Positions 45,701 to 56,123 of a stretch of DNA of 64,000 nucleotides are shown here, piece after piece. A model generated the notes under the pieces. The model was not told where the DNA came from and searched no databases. It worked only from the letters and a program-made list of their open reading frames with translations. A program made the position numbers and the translations under genes. This DNA is from Macrostomum hystrix (taxonomy: Eukaryota; Animalia; Platyhelminthes): positions 5,456,001 to 5,520,000 of the forward strand of contig CATNEN010000011.1 in the NCBI GenBank assembly GCA_950097015.1, given 5' to 3'. Numbering within the stretch: position 1 is the stretch's first letter; each line of letters begins with the position of its first letter.

Positions 45701-48700
45701 ATAATCCTCCACCCATAATCCTCCACCCATAATCCTACACCCATAATCCTCCATCCATAATCCTCCTCCCATAATCCTCCATCCATAATCCTCCACCCAC
45801 AATCCTCCTCCCATAATCCTCCATCCATAATCCTCCATCCATAATCCTCCTCCCATAATCCTCCTCCCACAATCCTCCATCCATAATCCTCCTCCCATAA
45901 TCCTCCTCCCATAATCCTCCATCCATAATCCTCCACCCATAATCCTCCTCCCATAATCCTCCACCCATAATCCTCCTCCCATAATCCTCCACCCGTAATC
46001 CTCCACTCTTATTCCTCGACCATAATCCCCGAAAAATCCCCAACTCATAATCCCCACCAACAATCCCCGCCCATAATCCCCCTGCAATAATCCTCCTCCC
46101 ATAATCCTCCATCCATAATCCTCCTCCCATAATCCTCCATCCATAATCCTCCTCCCATAATCCTCCATCCATAATCCTGCTCCCATAATCCCTCGACCAA
46201 AATTACCCACCAGAAATTCCCACTCATAATATCCCACCTGACGTCTTACTGCATGAAATTCAAGTATGTTCCGCATGTTCTGCTGGCTGATGTACTTTAA
46301 CTGGGGTTTACCTGCGGTTCTTTTGGCGATGGCAAAATCACTTTTATATTTTTTATTCTGCGCCGAAAAAATAAGGAAGACAAATAACTGTCACTCAATC
46401 TTAACTAGACACGGTGGCTGACGCGTCAACACTAGATCCCATCTAGATTTGATTGTCTCTAACGAAGCCGCTTCCCTTTTCTCCCCACCTCCATGTAAGA
46501 GATTTTACAGCCTTGTTACGCTGGAACACTAACAATACTACTAAAGAGTCCTCTCGTTATGTAAAGCAGTTAGTGCAATCGCTATGTACTTTAGCATATG
46601 TACTTTAGCATATGTACTTTAGCGATCCGCGCCGTTGTAACAAGCCCGCAATGTGCTAAATTAATAACACTGTCTATAATCCAACCCACCAGGAACCTAT
46701 TCTAGTCTCGCCTATGTATCTCACCTCAAGTACTTAATCTCATCTCTAGTCTCTAATCTCACTTTTAGTGCCTAATCTCACTCCCAGTGTCTAATCTCAT
46801 TTCCAGTGCCTAATCTCACTTCTAGTATCTAATCTCATCTCTAGTATCTAATCTCATTTCTAGTATCTAATCTCATCTCTAGTATCTAATCTCATTTCTA
46901 GTATCTAATCTCATCTCTAGTATCTAATCTCATCTCTAGTATCTAATCTCATTTCTAGTATCTAATCTTATTTCTAATATCTAATCTCACTTCTAATCTC
47001 TAATCTCACCTCTAGCCTCTAATCTCATCACTAGTCTCTAATCTCACCTCCGTTGTCAAATCTCACAGCCAAGCACCCACTGCTCCATTGTCAGGTACGG
47101 AGACCGCTCGCCCAAGACCATTGTCGGTCGCCTCTTCGCAATGATATGGATCAGTTTCGGCTTAGTGCTGATCTCCATGTTCACAGCAGTGGTGACTGCA
47201 GCTCTGAGCCAATCAGCTCAGGGACCCGAGGAGGATTACAGATTCTTCCAGACCAATGTGAGACGGCTGCGAGCTGTGGATTATGTTAGATTCTGGGTTA
47301 GGAATATGTTAGATTCTGAGTTAGGAATATGTTAGATTCTGAGTTAGGAATATGTTAGATTCTGAGTTAGGAATATGTTAGATTATGAGTTAGGAATATG
47401 TTAGATTCTGAGTTAGGAATATGTTAGATTCTGGGTTAGGAATATGTTAGATTCTGGGTTAGGAATATGTTAGATTCTGGGTTAGGAATATGTTAGATTC
47501 TGGGTTAGGAATATGTTAGATTCTGGGTTAGGAATATGTTAGATTCTGAGTTAGGAATATGTTAGATTCTGGGTTAGGAATATGTTAGATTCTGGGTTAG
47601 GAATATGTTAGATTCTGGGTTAGGAATATGTTAGATTCTGAGTTAGGAATATGTTAGATTCTGAGTTAGGAATATGTTAGATTCTGAGTTAGGAATATGT
47701 TAGATTATGAGTTAGGAATATGTTAGATTCTGGGTTAGGAATATGTTAGATTCTGGGTTAGGAATATGTTAGATTCTGAGTTAGGAATATGTTAGATTCT
47801 GGGTTAGGAATATGTTAGATTCTGGGTTAGGAATATGTTAGATTCTGGGTTAGGAATATGTTAGATTCTGAGTTAGGAATATGTTAGATTCTGAGTTAGG
47901 AATATGTTAGATTCTGAGTTAGGAATATGTTAGATTATGAGTTAGGAATATGTTAGATTCTGAGTTAGGAATATGTTAGATTCTGAGTTAGGAATATGTT
48001 AGATTCTGAGTTAGGAATATGTTAGATTCTGGGTTAGGAATATGTTAGATTCTGGGTTAGGAATATGTTAGATTCTGAGTTAGGAATATGTTAGATTATG
48101 AGTTAGGAATATGTTAGATTCTGGGTTAGGAATATGTTAGATTCTGGGTTAGGAATATGTTAGATTCTGAGTTAGGAATATGTTAGATTATGAGTTAGGA
48201 ATATGTTAGATTCTGGGTTAGGAATATGTTAGATTCTGAGTTAGGAATATGTTAGATTCTGGGTTAGGAATATGTTAGATTCTGGGTTAGGAATATGTTA
48301 GATTATGAGTTAGGAATATGTTAGATTCTGAGTTAGGAATATGTTAGATTCTGAGTTAGGAATATGTTAGATTATGAGTTAGGAATATGTTAGATTCTGG
48401 GTTAGGAATATGTTAGATTCTGAGTTAGGAATATGTTAGATTCTGGGTTAGGAATATGTTAGATTCTGGGTTAGGAATATGTTAGATTATGAGTTAGGAA
48501 TATGTTAGATTCTGAGTTAGGAATATGTTAGATTATGAGTTAGGAATATGTTAGATTCTGGGTTAGGAATATGTTAGATTCTGGGTTAGGAATATGTTAG
48601 ATTCTGAGTTAGGAATATGTTAGATTCTGAGTTAGGAATATGTTAGATTCTGAGTTAGGAATATGTTAGATTCTGAGTTAGGAATATGTTAGATTATGAG

Positions 48701-51700
48701 TTAGGAATATGTTAGATTCTGGGTTAGGAATATGTTAGATTCTGAGTTAGGAATATGTTAGATTCTGAGTTAGGAATATGTTAGATTCTGGGTTAGGAAT
48801 ATGTTAGATTCTGAGTTAGGAATATGTTAGATTCTGAGTTAGGAATATGTTAGATTCTGGGTTAGGAATATGTTAGATTCTGAGTTAGGAATATGTTAGA
48901 TTCTGGGTTAGGAATATGTTAGATTCTGGGTTAGGAATATGTTAGATTCTGAGTTAGGAATATGTTAGATTCTGAGTTAGGAATATGTTAGATTCTGAGT
49001 TAGGAATATGTTAGATTCTGAGTTAGGAATATGTTAGATTCTGGGTTAGGAATATGTTAGATTCTGAGTTAGGAATATGTTAGATTCTGGGTTAGGAATA
49101 TGTTAGATTCTGAGTTAGGAATATGTTAGATTCTTGGTTAGGAATATGTTAGATTCTGGGTTAGGAATATGTTAGATTCTGGGTTAGGAATATGTTAGAT
49201 TCTGGGTTAGGAATATGTTAGATTCTTGGTTAGGAATATGTTAGATTCTGGGTTAGGAATATGTTAGATTCTGGGTTAGGAATATGTTAGATTCTGGGTT
49301 AGGAATATGTTAGATTCTGAGTTAGGAATATGTTAGATTCTTGGTTAGGAATATGTTAGATTCTGGGTTAGGAATATGTTAGATTCTGGGTTAGGAATAT
49401 GTTCGAAAAAAGAGAGAATAAGATATTCTGATTAGGGAGATTCTGAGTCCGGAGAATGGGAGATTCTGAGTCGGGAAAGTGGGAGATTCTGAGTCGGGAA
49501 AATGGGAGATTCTGAGTTGGGAGAATGGGAGATTCTGAGTTGGGAGAATGGGAGATTCTGAGTTGGGAGAATGGGAGATTCCGATTTAGGAAAATGGGAG
49601 ATTCTGAGTCGGGAAAATGGGAGATTCTGAGTTGGGAGAATGGGAGATTCCGATTTAGGAGAATGGGAGATTCTGAGTTGGGAAAATGGGAGATTCTGAG
49701 TCGGCAGAATGGGAGATTCTGAGTTGGGAGAATGGGAGATTCTGAGTCGGGAGAATGGGAGATTCCGAGTTGGCAGAATGGGAGATTCCGATTTGGGAGA
49801 ATGGGAGATTCCGATTTGGGAGAATGGGAGATTCTGAGTCGGGAGAATGGGAGATTCCGAGTTGGCAGAATGGGAGATTCCGATTTGGGAGAATGGGAGA
49901 TTCCGATTTGGGAGAATGGGAGATTCTGAGTCGGGAGAATGGGAGATTCCGAGTTGGCAGAATGGGAGATTCCGATTTGGGAGAATGGGAGATTCCGATT
50001 TGGGAGAATGGGAGATTCTGAGTCGGGAGAATGGGAGATTCCGAGTTGGCAGAATGGGAGATTCTGAGTTGGGAGAATGGGAGATTCCGATTTGGGAGAA
50101 TGGGAGACTCTGAGTCGGGAGAATGGGAGATTCCGAGTTGGCAGAATGGGAGATTTCGTGTTGGGGGAATGGGAAAATCAAAGTTGGAAGAATGGGAGAT
50201 TTTTAGTTGGGGATATTGTAAAAGTTGGCTTGGGAGAAATGTATATAGGGAGTTGGGGAAATTGCAGATTTTAAGTTATTAAAATGGGAGATTTTGTAAC
50301 AGGGAGAATCGAAAACAAACTTTTCATTAACCTGAACCTTCAGATCACGGTTATCAACGGCTCACATGAGCAGGTGCTGGTGTACGAACTCGGATCAACT
50401 CCGATCGGAATTGCCGACTGGCAGTCGCTGATGCTGCTGGCTCCGGACAATGACACCAACAACGGCACCGACAGCAATCCGGGAAATGTCATGGATGACA
50501 GTGCCAGCAATGACACGTCCTCAGATGAGGCTCCTCATCACGGCGCCCTAATTGAGCACTTCATGTACCTGCACATGCGCCAGGAGCATCCAGGCAGAAT
50601 GCGGAGTCTGAAGCCTCAACTGGTGCTCAAGAGGCCGTCTGTGAGGGGCGTGCATTCAAATCTGCCAGCCAGAGCTTCGATTTGTCTGGCTGAAGCCATG
50701 CTCAAACATCAAATTAGCGTCTACAGTCTGGTGATCGGACATCAGCACGTTGAAGATCGGGTCTGCTGACTGTACATTTTGATGAAAAGAAACTTGAAAT
50801 TTGTGATTCGTGGAAACTTATCGTCATTTTTAACTTTCCAACCCATTTCTCTCTCGTCGCTCCCATTTCTTCCCCTTCTTCCCCGTTTCTTCCCTTTCTT
50901 CCCCATTTCTTCCCCTTCTACCCTATTTCTTCCCTTTATTTCCCATTTCTTCACCTTCTTCCCCATTTCTTCCCTATCTATCCAATTTCTTCCCCCTTTT
51001 CCCCGTTTCTTCCCTTTCTCCTACGTTTCTTCCCTTTCTTCCCATTTCTTCCCCTTCTTCCCCATTTCTTCCCCTTCTTCCCCATTTCTTCCCTTTCTTC
51101 CCCATTTCTTCCCCTTCTTCTCCGTTTCTTCCCCTTCTGCCCCGTTTCTTCCCTTTCTTCCCCATTTCTTCCCCTTCTACCCTATTTCTTCCCTTTATTT
51201 CCCATTTCTTCACCTTCTTCCCCATTTCTTCCCTATCTATCCAATTTCTTCCCCCTTTTCCTCGTTTCTTCCCTTTCTCCTACGTTTCTTCCCTTTCTTC
51301 CCATTTCTTCCCCTTCTTCCCCATTTCTTCCCCTTCTTCCCCATTTCTTCCCCTTCTTCCCAATTTCTTCCCCTTCTTCTCCATTTCTTCCCTTTCTTTC
51401 CCATTTCCTCCCCTTCTTCCCCGTTTCATCTATTTCTTCTCCATTTCTTCCCTTTCTCCTACGTTTCGTCCCTTTCCCATTTATTCCCCTTTTCCTCATA
51501 CATTCCCTTTTATTGCCTATTTATTTTATCTGTTTCTTATTTCTTCCATACGTATAATTTATAATTAATACTAACTGATTACACCTGCCCAATTGAGTCC
51601 GATGTGCAGCCGACACCGCAGCCGCAGCTATTGCGCGGCGCATCTGAAGGCGGCGTACGAGTACAGCTGTTCAGTCCATGGACTGGGGGGACGCCACACC

Positions 51701-53964
51701 CACCGTCAATCACCCCAGCCAATGCTGGCACCCATTTAACAGCTGTTTGAACTGAAGCAATTCGGAGTTAAGTGTCTTGCTAAAGGACGCAAATTGTTTT
51801 AGTAGAGTCGGGAATCGAACCCCCGACCTTCAATCCCTTTACCCCCTTCCATTCCTAAACTAAAAAAATAGTTTGTCCAATTTCTACCATGATATTTGAT
51901 TAACTATCAAATATCACTTTCTGGGCTAGATTTCACTCGATAATGATATAATTTCAATCAAATATCCGCAGGCCTCAGAGCAACCGGTCGCAGTGGAGGT
52001 CGCCCAGTCGCTGTTTTCAACAAGCAACAAGCACCTAGGCATTGTGGCAGCCGTGTTTGGCATTGTGTTTCTCGCATTGCTGGTCTGGGAAAAGCTTTAT
52101 TGGCAGCCAAGAAATCCTGAGTATAAATGTGAGCCATTAAAATGCTGGAGTATCTCTTAATTCACTTTCATTTCTACCTAATTAGCGGCAATAAAATTCG
52201 AGCAGATGCAAAAAAATCTGGGACAAAAACTGCCCAGAAAAAGGAATATTTATTTATTTTTGCCACTAATAAAGATTGCATCACGGATTGAATGAATAAC
52301 AGAATTATTCCCAAAGGAATCCTGATCTCGAGCGGATGCTCTAAAATTTTTTTTCTAGAGAATTTTAAAAAGTTACCCAGGAAAAGCTAGGAACGCAGTT
52401 TCCTTAGCCAGGCATCTTTTCGCATTGCGTTGCTTATCATAAACTCAGATTCTCCCAAATGTCATTTTCTAATCCCTATAGGATACTATCACTGCTCACC
52501 AGAGCTTTTACCTAACTTTCTAGGTTGAAACTTTCCTAGAAAAATAATACTCTTTCCCATTATCCACACACGCGATCTCCCATTCAGAAATCCTAACTCG
52601 GAATCTCCCATTGTCCTAAATCAGAATTTCCCATTCTCACAACTCAGAATCTCCCATTCTCCCAACTCGGAATCTCCCATTATCCCAATTCGGATTCCCC
52701 CCATTCTTCCATGTGCCCCATTTGATTATCCCATTCTCCTAGCTTGGATTATCCCATTTACCCAACTTCGAATGTACAATATTCCAAACTCAGATTCTCC
52801 TATTCTCCCATTCTCCCAACTCGAATTCTCCCGTTTCTAACAACTCAAAATATCCCATTCTCCCAACTCAAATTCTACCGATTTTAACAACACGGAATCT
52901 TCCATTCTCCCAACTCGAATTCTCCTATTCTCCCAACTAAAAATATCCCCATTCTCCCAACTCGGAATCTCCCATTCTCCCAACTCGGAATCTCGCATTC
53001 TCCCCAACTTGGAATCTCCCATTCTCCCAACTCGGAATCTCGCATTCTCCCCAACTTGGAATCTCCCATTCTCCCAACTCGGAATCTTGCATTCTCCCCA
53101 ACTTGGAATCTCCCATTCTCCCAATTCAGATTCCCCCATTCTTCCATGTGCCCCATTTGATTATCCCATTCTCCTAGCTTGGATTATCCCATTTACCCAA
53201 CTTCGAATCTACAATATTCCAAACTCAGATTCTCCTATTCTCCCATTCTCCCAACTCGAATTCTCCCGTTTCTAACAACTCAAAATATCCCATTCTCCAA
53301 ACTCAAATTCTCCCGATTTTAACAACACGGAATCTTCCATTCTCCCAACTCGAATTCTCCTATTCTCCCAACTTGGAATCGCCCATTCTCCCCAACTTGG
53401 AATCTCCCAGTCTCCCAAACTGGGAATCTCCCATTCTCCCAACTCGAAATATCCCCATTCTACCAACTCGGAATCTCCTATTCTCCCAAATCGGAATCTC
53501 CAATTCTCCTAACTCGGAATCTCCCATTCTCCCAACTCGGAATCTCCCATTCTCCCACTCGGAATCTCCCATTCTCCCAACTCGGAATCTCCCATTCTCC
53601 CAACTCGGAATCTCCCATTCCCCCAAATCGGAATCTCCCATTCCCCCAAATCGGAATCTCCCATTCTCCCAACTCGGAATCTCCCATTCTCCCACTCGGA
53701 ATCTCCCACACGCCATTGCCAGTCGTGGAGATGAACTGGAAGTACGAGAGGCAGAAGAAGGAAGCCGAGTTCGGTCGCGAGCTGGACTTCAAAGCGTTTT
53801 ACCGGCACTCGCGGCGGGGCGAGGCGCCGAAAGCGAGACCGGAAAGTCGGCAGCGGCAGTTGCGAAATCGTGAGTCTTTGTCAGACAAAGACAACAATGA
53901 CATTGCGGCTTCGCCAGCAGCGAATGATGAAAGCAATCGATTCAATTGCACAAGCAATGCTTGA
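30792..53964 (+). CDS. Ionotropic glutamate receptor-like ligand-gated channel with K+ selectivity filter (GluR0/AvGluR1-like); 7 exons, ~495 aa, 5' end uncertain
   Basis: Phase-consistent exons 30792-31065 (S1: [12 protein letters not shown]...[10 protein letters not shown]), 42626-42765 (M1: [22 protein letters not shown]), 43216-43310 ([10 protein letters not shown]...[15 protein letters not shown]), 47095-47257 ([37 protein letters not shown]), 50344-50760 (S2), 51972-52128 (M4: [18 protein letters not shown]), 53723-53964. Total 1488 nt, no internal stop. Confidence 0.85.
31090..31453. repeat. 20-bp minisatellite (ACAGGTGGGGAAGATTAGAC)
   Basis: Tandem periodicity. Confidence 0.93.
31915..33650. 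repeat. 15-16-bp GAGATGAGACAGGG satellite with higher-order duplications, interrupted by the LINE
   Basis: Tandem periodicity; a short remnant continues at 39700-39730. Confidence 0.95.
33765..37469 (-). CDS. LINE ORF2: AP endonuclease + reverse transcriptase + RNase H + CCHC zinc knuckle (1234 aa)
   Basis: APE motifs LVQEPW, GDVNSHH, SDH. RT motifs [39 protein letters not shown]. RNase H YTDGS and WIPGHAG...[13 protein letters not shown]...HFICHC. Confidence 0.96.
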   Translation of the reverse strand: MMIPGISCLQVNTQHCVAASVNLMRTTERMMPGLVLVQEPWLSKNKPSNIPAGYDCFCMADSVRPRSLIYAAKALNAWMRPDLSNGDICVIQSAHIVPNKLTLVASAYLAGDAPVVSDTLVALCEFARARNFELLLAGDVNSHHTHWGSSKINDRGEELLAFVSGTPLNFCNVGNTPTFDNGRWAEVLDVTLASPGILPRVLGWEVWETESSLSDHRFIRFNIGTPDKKQKPIWRRNVRNTDWPAFSQKLHEGLRDSDPSMAMETTQDLDGVAALLGGAITEAYEMACPLKAYKGKKSAPWWNPELGVLRRRAKALQRKLKTSHDPDDKEAYTRAIHEFKGRVRRAKADKWRQYCEGLEGSRPTARVVKALTNDRFSKLSSIKKPDGSITERPEETLELMLGHFFPSVPAHFGPDDHSRGGQGLAQSLVTNDRIVRAAKSFNPFKAPGPDGIYPAFLHEAVKNGRFLHLLCRLLRACIVLGYVPARWHEARVVFIPKPAKGDYRSVKSYRPISLTSTCLKLMERLVLWRLLTVELGRAPLSPNQHAFRAGRSTESALHCIVETLEKAVLGSGFALAVFLDIEGAFDNVIFEAFEKALVSRATHPHLVRWVMYMIRNRHVVAHLEGRVLSAPVLKGGPQGGVLTPLLWNLVMDELLKSTRPDPVLKVGYADDVTAICAGPSAETTRDLIQGFINRAVRWADQCGLRLSESKTVAVMFTSRLRWTIEPLTLYGKNIAMEKQVRCLGILLDHRLNWTPHITTKAKRALAILAQVRRAVGTTWGLTPKNLWWIYTAIIRPSVAYAGLIWASAMSIQKNLEALYRVQGRACRMTLGAPPSTPFEGMNAFLNATPIDIFVKGEAAKSTRRLLDAGVSFQNSRAFSKRSLLPHSDLCLKTLGECGGLTILSDGAPATLLRSHRYKVSIFPRNEVKDCWDDPAVHCYTDGSLMNGKSGFGVCVASGGEVLWTHSQHCGKSSSVFQNEMLAISFCAAELRQRQLAGRRIFFHSDSQAALKALSRCTSRSRTTLDCNNQLNGLAQSNKVELMWIPGHAGLTGNEMADELAKAGAASSLMGPGPESPIPASVVNSSINHWMETQHRRRWSSTLNCRQSRAAVPTPSSNLRKALLRLNRRDLRAVTMALSGHGCFTRHRYLQGHVPEETCPFCCSGRENAEHFICHCPAFTRARLKHLGPAPTLAEACSPENIPQLAHFLRDTGRADFFPAYGEEDRAAEPTDGPP
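37482..39030 (-). CDS. LINE ORF1 (DUF4780-like domain), apparently split by a +1 frameshift
   Basis: ATG 39030 to stop 37873 (KRHRIFVP...[16 protein letters not shown]...[11 protein letters not shown]). An overlapping frame continues to TAG 37482-37484 with an acidic tail ([14 protein letters not shown]). Confidence 0.7.
40222..41262. repeat. 18-bp minisatellite (GAGACAGTAGAGAGAGAT)
   Basis: Tandem periodicity. Confidence 0.95.
41840..42596. repeat. 20/18-bp minisatellite (GTCTAACAGGTTGTGATTGT)
   Basis: Tandem periodicity; ends ~30 nt before the exon-2 acceptor. Confidence 0.94.
42855..43195. repeat. 12-bp minisatellite (AAATCTCACCCA)
   Basis: Degenerate tandem periodicity. Confidence 0.85.
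43560..44150 (+). pseudogene. Frameshifted spectrin-repeat/coiled-coil gene fragment nested in channel intron 3
   Basis: Helical peptides in at least three frames, including [22 protein letters not shown] (spectrin-repeat-like W...HE pattern). No usable splice sites. Confidence 0.4.
44185..44492 (-). mobile_element. SINE family A, full-length
   Basis: Same head, core and tail as the 25970-26290 copy. Confidence 0.82.
45290..46195. repeat. 14-bp minisatellite (ATAATCCTCCACCC)
   Basis: Tandem periodicity. Confidence 0.93.
46735..47048. repeat. 19-bp minisatellite (AGTATCTAATCTCATCTCT)
   Basis: Tandem periodicity. Confidence 0.9.
47282..49402. repeat. 23-bp minisatellite (TTAGATTCTGAGTTAGGAATATG)
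   Basis: 2.1-kb highly homogeneous array. Confidence 0.97.
49430..50225. repeat. 23-bp minisatellite (GAGTTGGGAGAATGGGAGATTCC)
   Basis: Tandem periodicity. Confidence 0.94.
50845..51480. repeat. Pyrimidine-rich TTCTTCCCC satellite (a similar CT-rich tract lies at 54170-54530)
   Basis: Low-complexity tandem units. Confidence 0.88.
51574..51835 (-). mobile_element. SINE family B, full-length
   Basis: Reverse complement of the 4742 copy: CTGATTACACCTGCCCAATTG...CAGTCCATGGAC...GTTAAGTGTCTTGCT...GGGAATCGAACCC. Confidence 0.8.
52590..53710. repeat. 23-bp minisatellite (GGAATCTCCCATTCTCCCAACTC), inverted copy of the 49430 family
   Basis: Exact reverse-complement unit. Confidence 0.93.
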
Positions 53965-55019
53965 TTAGTTTTAACATTGAATTACAGATTTCAAGGACAT
54001 GATTTGATGCGAGTTGAATTGTACTTTAAACTGGTATGACAGATTTATGACGCAACGCTTTTTCTAACAAGCGCATACAATCACACTGTAGAAATATAAA
54101 TTGGCGGTCTTTTATTTTCAAATTTCTTTTTTACTCTTACTTACTGAAATTGTATCATTTATGTCGTAATGTCTCCCTTCACATCACTTCCTCCATTTTT
54201 CTGCTCTCACCATTTTCACCCCTCTCTCTGCCGTATCTCTATCTCTACAATGGTCTCTCCCTCCCACTTCTCCCCTCTCTCTCCCACTTCTCCTCTCTCT
54301 CTCCCCCACTTCTCCCCTCTCTCTTCCACTTCTCCCCTCTCTCTCCCACTTCTCCCCTCTCTCTCCCACTTCTCCTCTCTCTCTCCCACTTCTCCCCTCT
54401 CTCTTTTCCATTTCACCCCTCACTCTCTTCCACTTCTCCCCTCACTCTCTTCAATTTCTCCTCTTTTTCTGTTATTTATAATCCAAATGGTTCCCACTTC
54501 TCCCAACTCTCTGTCCCATTTTTATTCTCTCCCTGCCAATTATCCCATGTCCTCCACTTTTCCCTTTTCCACTGTTTCCTGACTGTTTATATCTATTTTG
54601 ACGTGTCAATAAAAAAATCCTTATCGAATTTTCGCCTTGAATACCAAGGTTCTTACACACCTGCGACACTTTATCGGCAATCACTTAAATTAGATATATA
54701 TTGCATTACACACTTTATCTATCAAATATTTCTAATAAGCTGTTCATTATAAATAAACATAGTTATTTGTTGTAAATCGATTAAAGTGCATAAATGTGTG
54801 GAAACTATGACATAATGTTTAATTACGCACAATAAAATGCAAATTTTAATTTTAATAGCCTTACATCATAACTAAACACAATGCTCCAATAATAACAATT
54901 TTTCGGTGCATCATTTTGTCCAGTCATTTTGATAAATCTGTGTGATCAATGATTTTTGAGATTTGGACTATTCGAGGTGGGAAAATAGAGGATTCTTATT
55001 TGGGATAATGCGAGATTCC

Positions 55020-55330
55020 AAATTGGGAGCATGGGAGATTCCGAGTTGGGAGCATGGGAGATTCCGAGTTGGGAGAATGGGAGATTCCGAGTTGGGAGAA
55101 TGGGAGACTCTGAGTTGGCAGAATGGGAGATTCCGAGTTGGGAGAATGGGAGATTCCGAGTTGGGAGAATGGGAGACTCTGAGTTGGGAAAATGGGAGAC
55201 TCTGAGTTGGGAAAATGGGAGACTCTGAGTTGGGAGAATGGGAGATTTTGAGTTGGGAGAATGGGAAGATTCCGATTTGGGAGAATGGGAGATTTCGAGT
55301 TGGGAGAATGGGAGACTCTGAATTGGGAGA
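55020..55330. repeat. 23-bp minisatellite (GAGTTGGGAGAATGGGAGATTCC), third array
   Basis: Same unit and orientation as 49430-50225. Confidence 0.92.
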
Positions 55331-56123
55331 AATCGATTTTTAGTAAAGGCTTTTTCGCCTCTTAGATTTCCAGCTATCGATCATAATTTTTTAGCGGAAC
55401 ACAACAGCAAAAATATGACAGTTTTTTGTTCGCTTGTTTTTGTTCGCAAGTTAAATTTTCTGTACTCGTTCGTAGAATTATTACGGCAAACACACTCACG
55501 TATTTGAATTATTTATTTACCCATCTACTAAGTTACTGGTCTGAGCATATAATGCATTTCTTATTTGAACAGTTGTCATTTTTTTTGTCAGAATTTTATT
55601 CGCCAATTCAGATTCAAATTTCTCTAGTGTGCATTTTTTCTCGAAAAGTTAACTCGGGCCTTACAAACTGGCTTGGTTTGCACTGAAATTCTAGAACTTA
55701 TTCAAAGCAGAAGAATAATTTGTTTAGTATAAAACTAACTCAAATAATTTCAATGGAAAGTTAAAAGTTTTTAATAGAGAAAAACTGTTTATTATTATTT
55801 TTTTAAACTTTCTTTAATAAAAGATTTGAGAACATTAGAGAACTACTGTAGGGCTTAGCACTGGAAGAGTTTTTGTTAACAAAAGCAAAAAAATTGTCAA
55901 TTACTGAAGAGGCGCAGTATAAGCTACTGTAAGTAGAATTCTCAGTAAATTGTGGAAGCTGTTTCAGATTGTGATTATAACAAAAATGTTCATCTAGCCC
56001 TTAGGGCAAGATTTTCAACACTCGAAAAAACTATTTTTAGCGACCAAAAAATATCAGGAAGACAATGTTAAGACATCGAGGTCTGCAAAAACTGTCTCGG
56101 AAATCCCATCGAGCTTTTTTGGG

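Noticed and set aside
46514-46642. Solo LTR (TGTTAC...GTAACA with AGCCT/AGCCC flanks)
   Set aside because: It is only 129 bp, the TSD is imperfect, and there is no PBS/PPT or second copy in the window.
47282-49402. Regular repeat arrays as CRISPR
   Set aside because: There are no unique spacers and no cas genes, and the context is eukaryotic; these are head-to-tail satellites.
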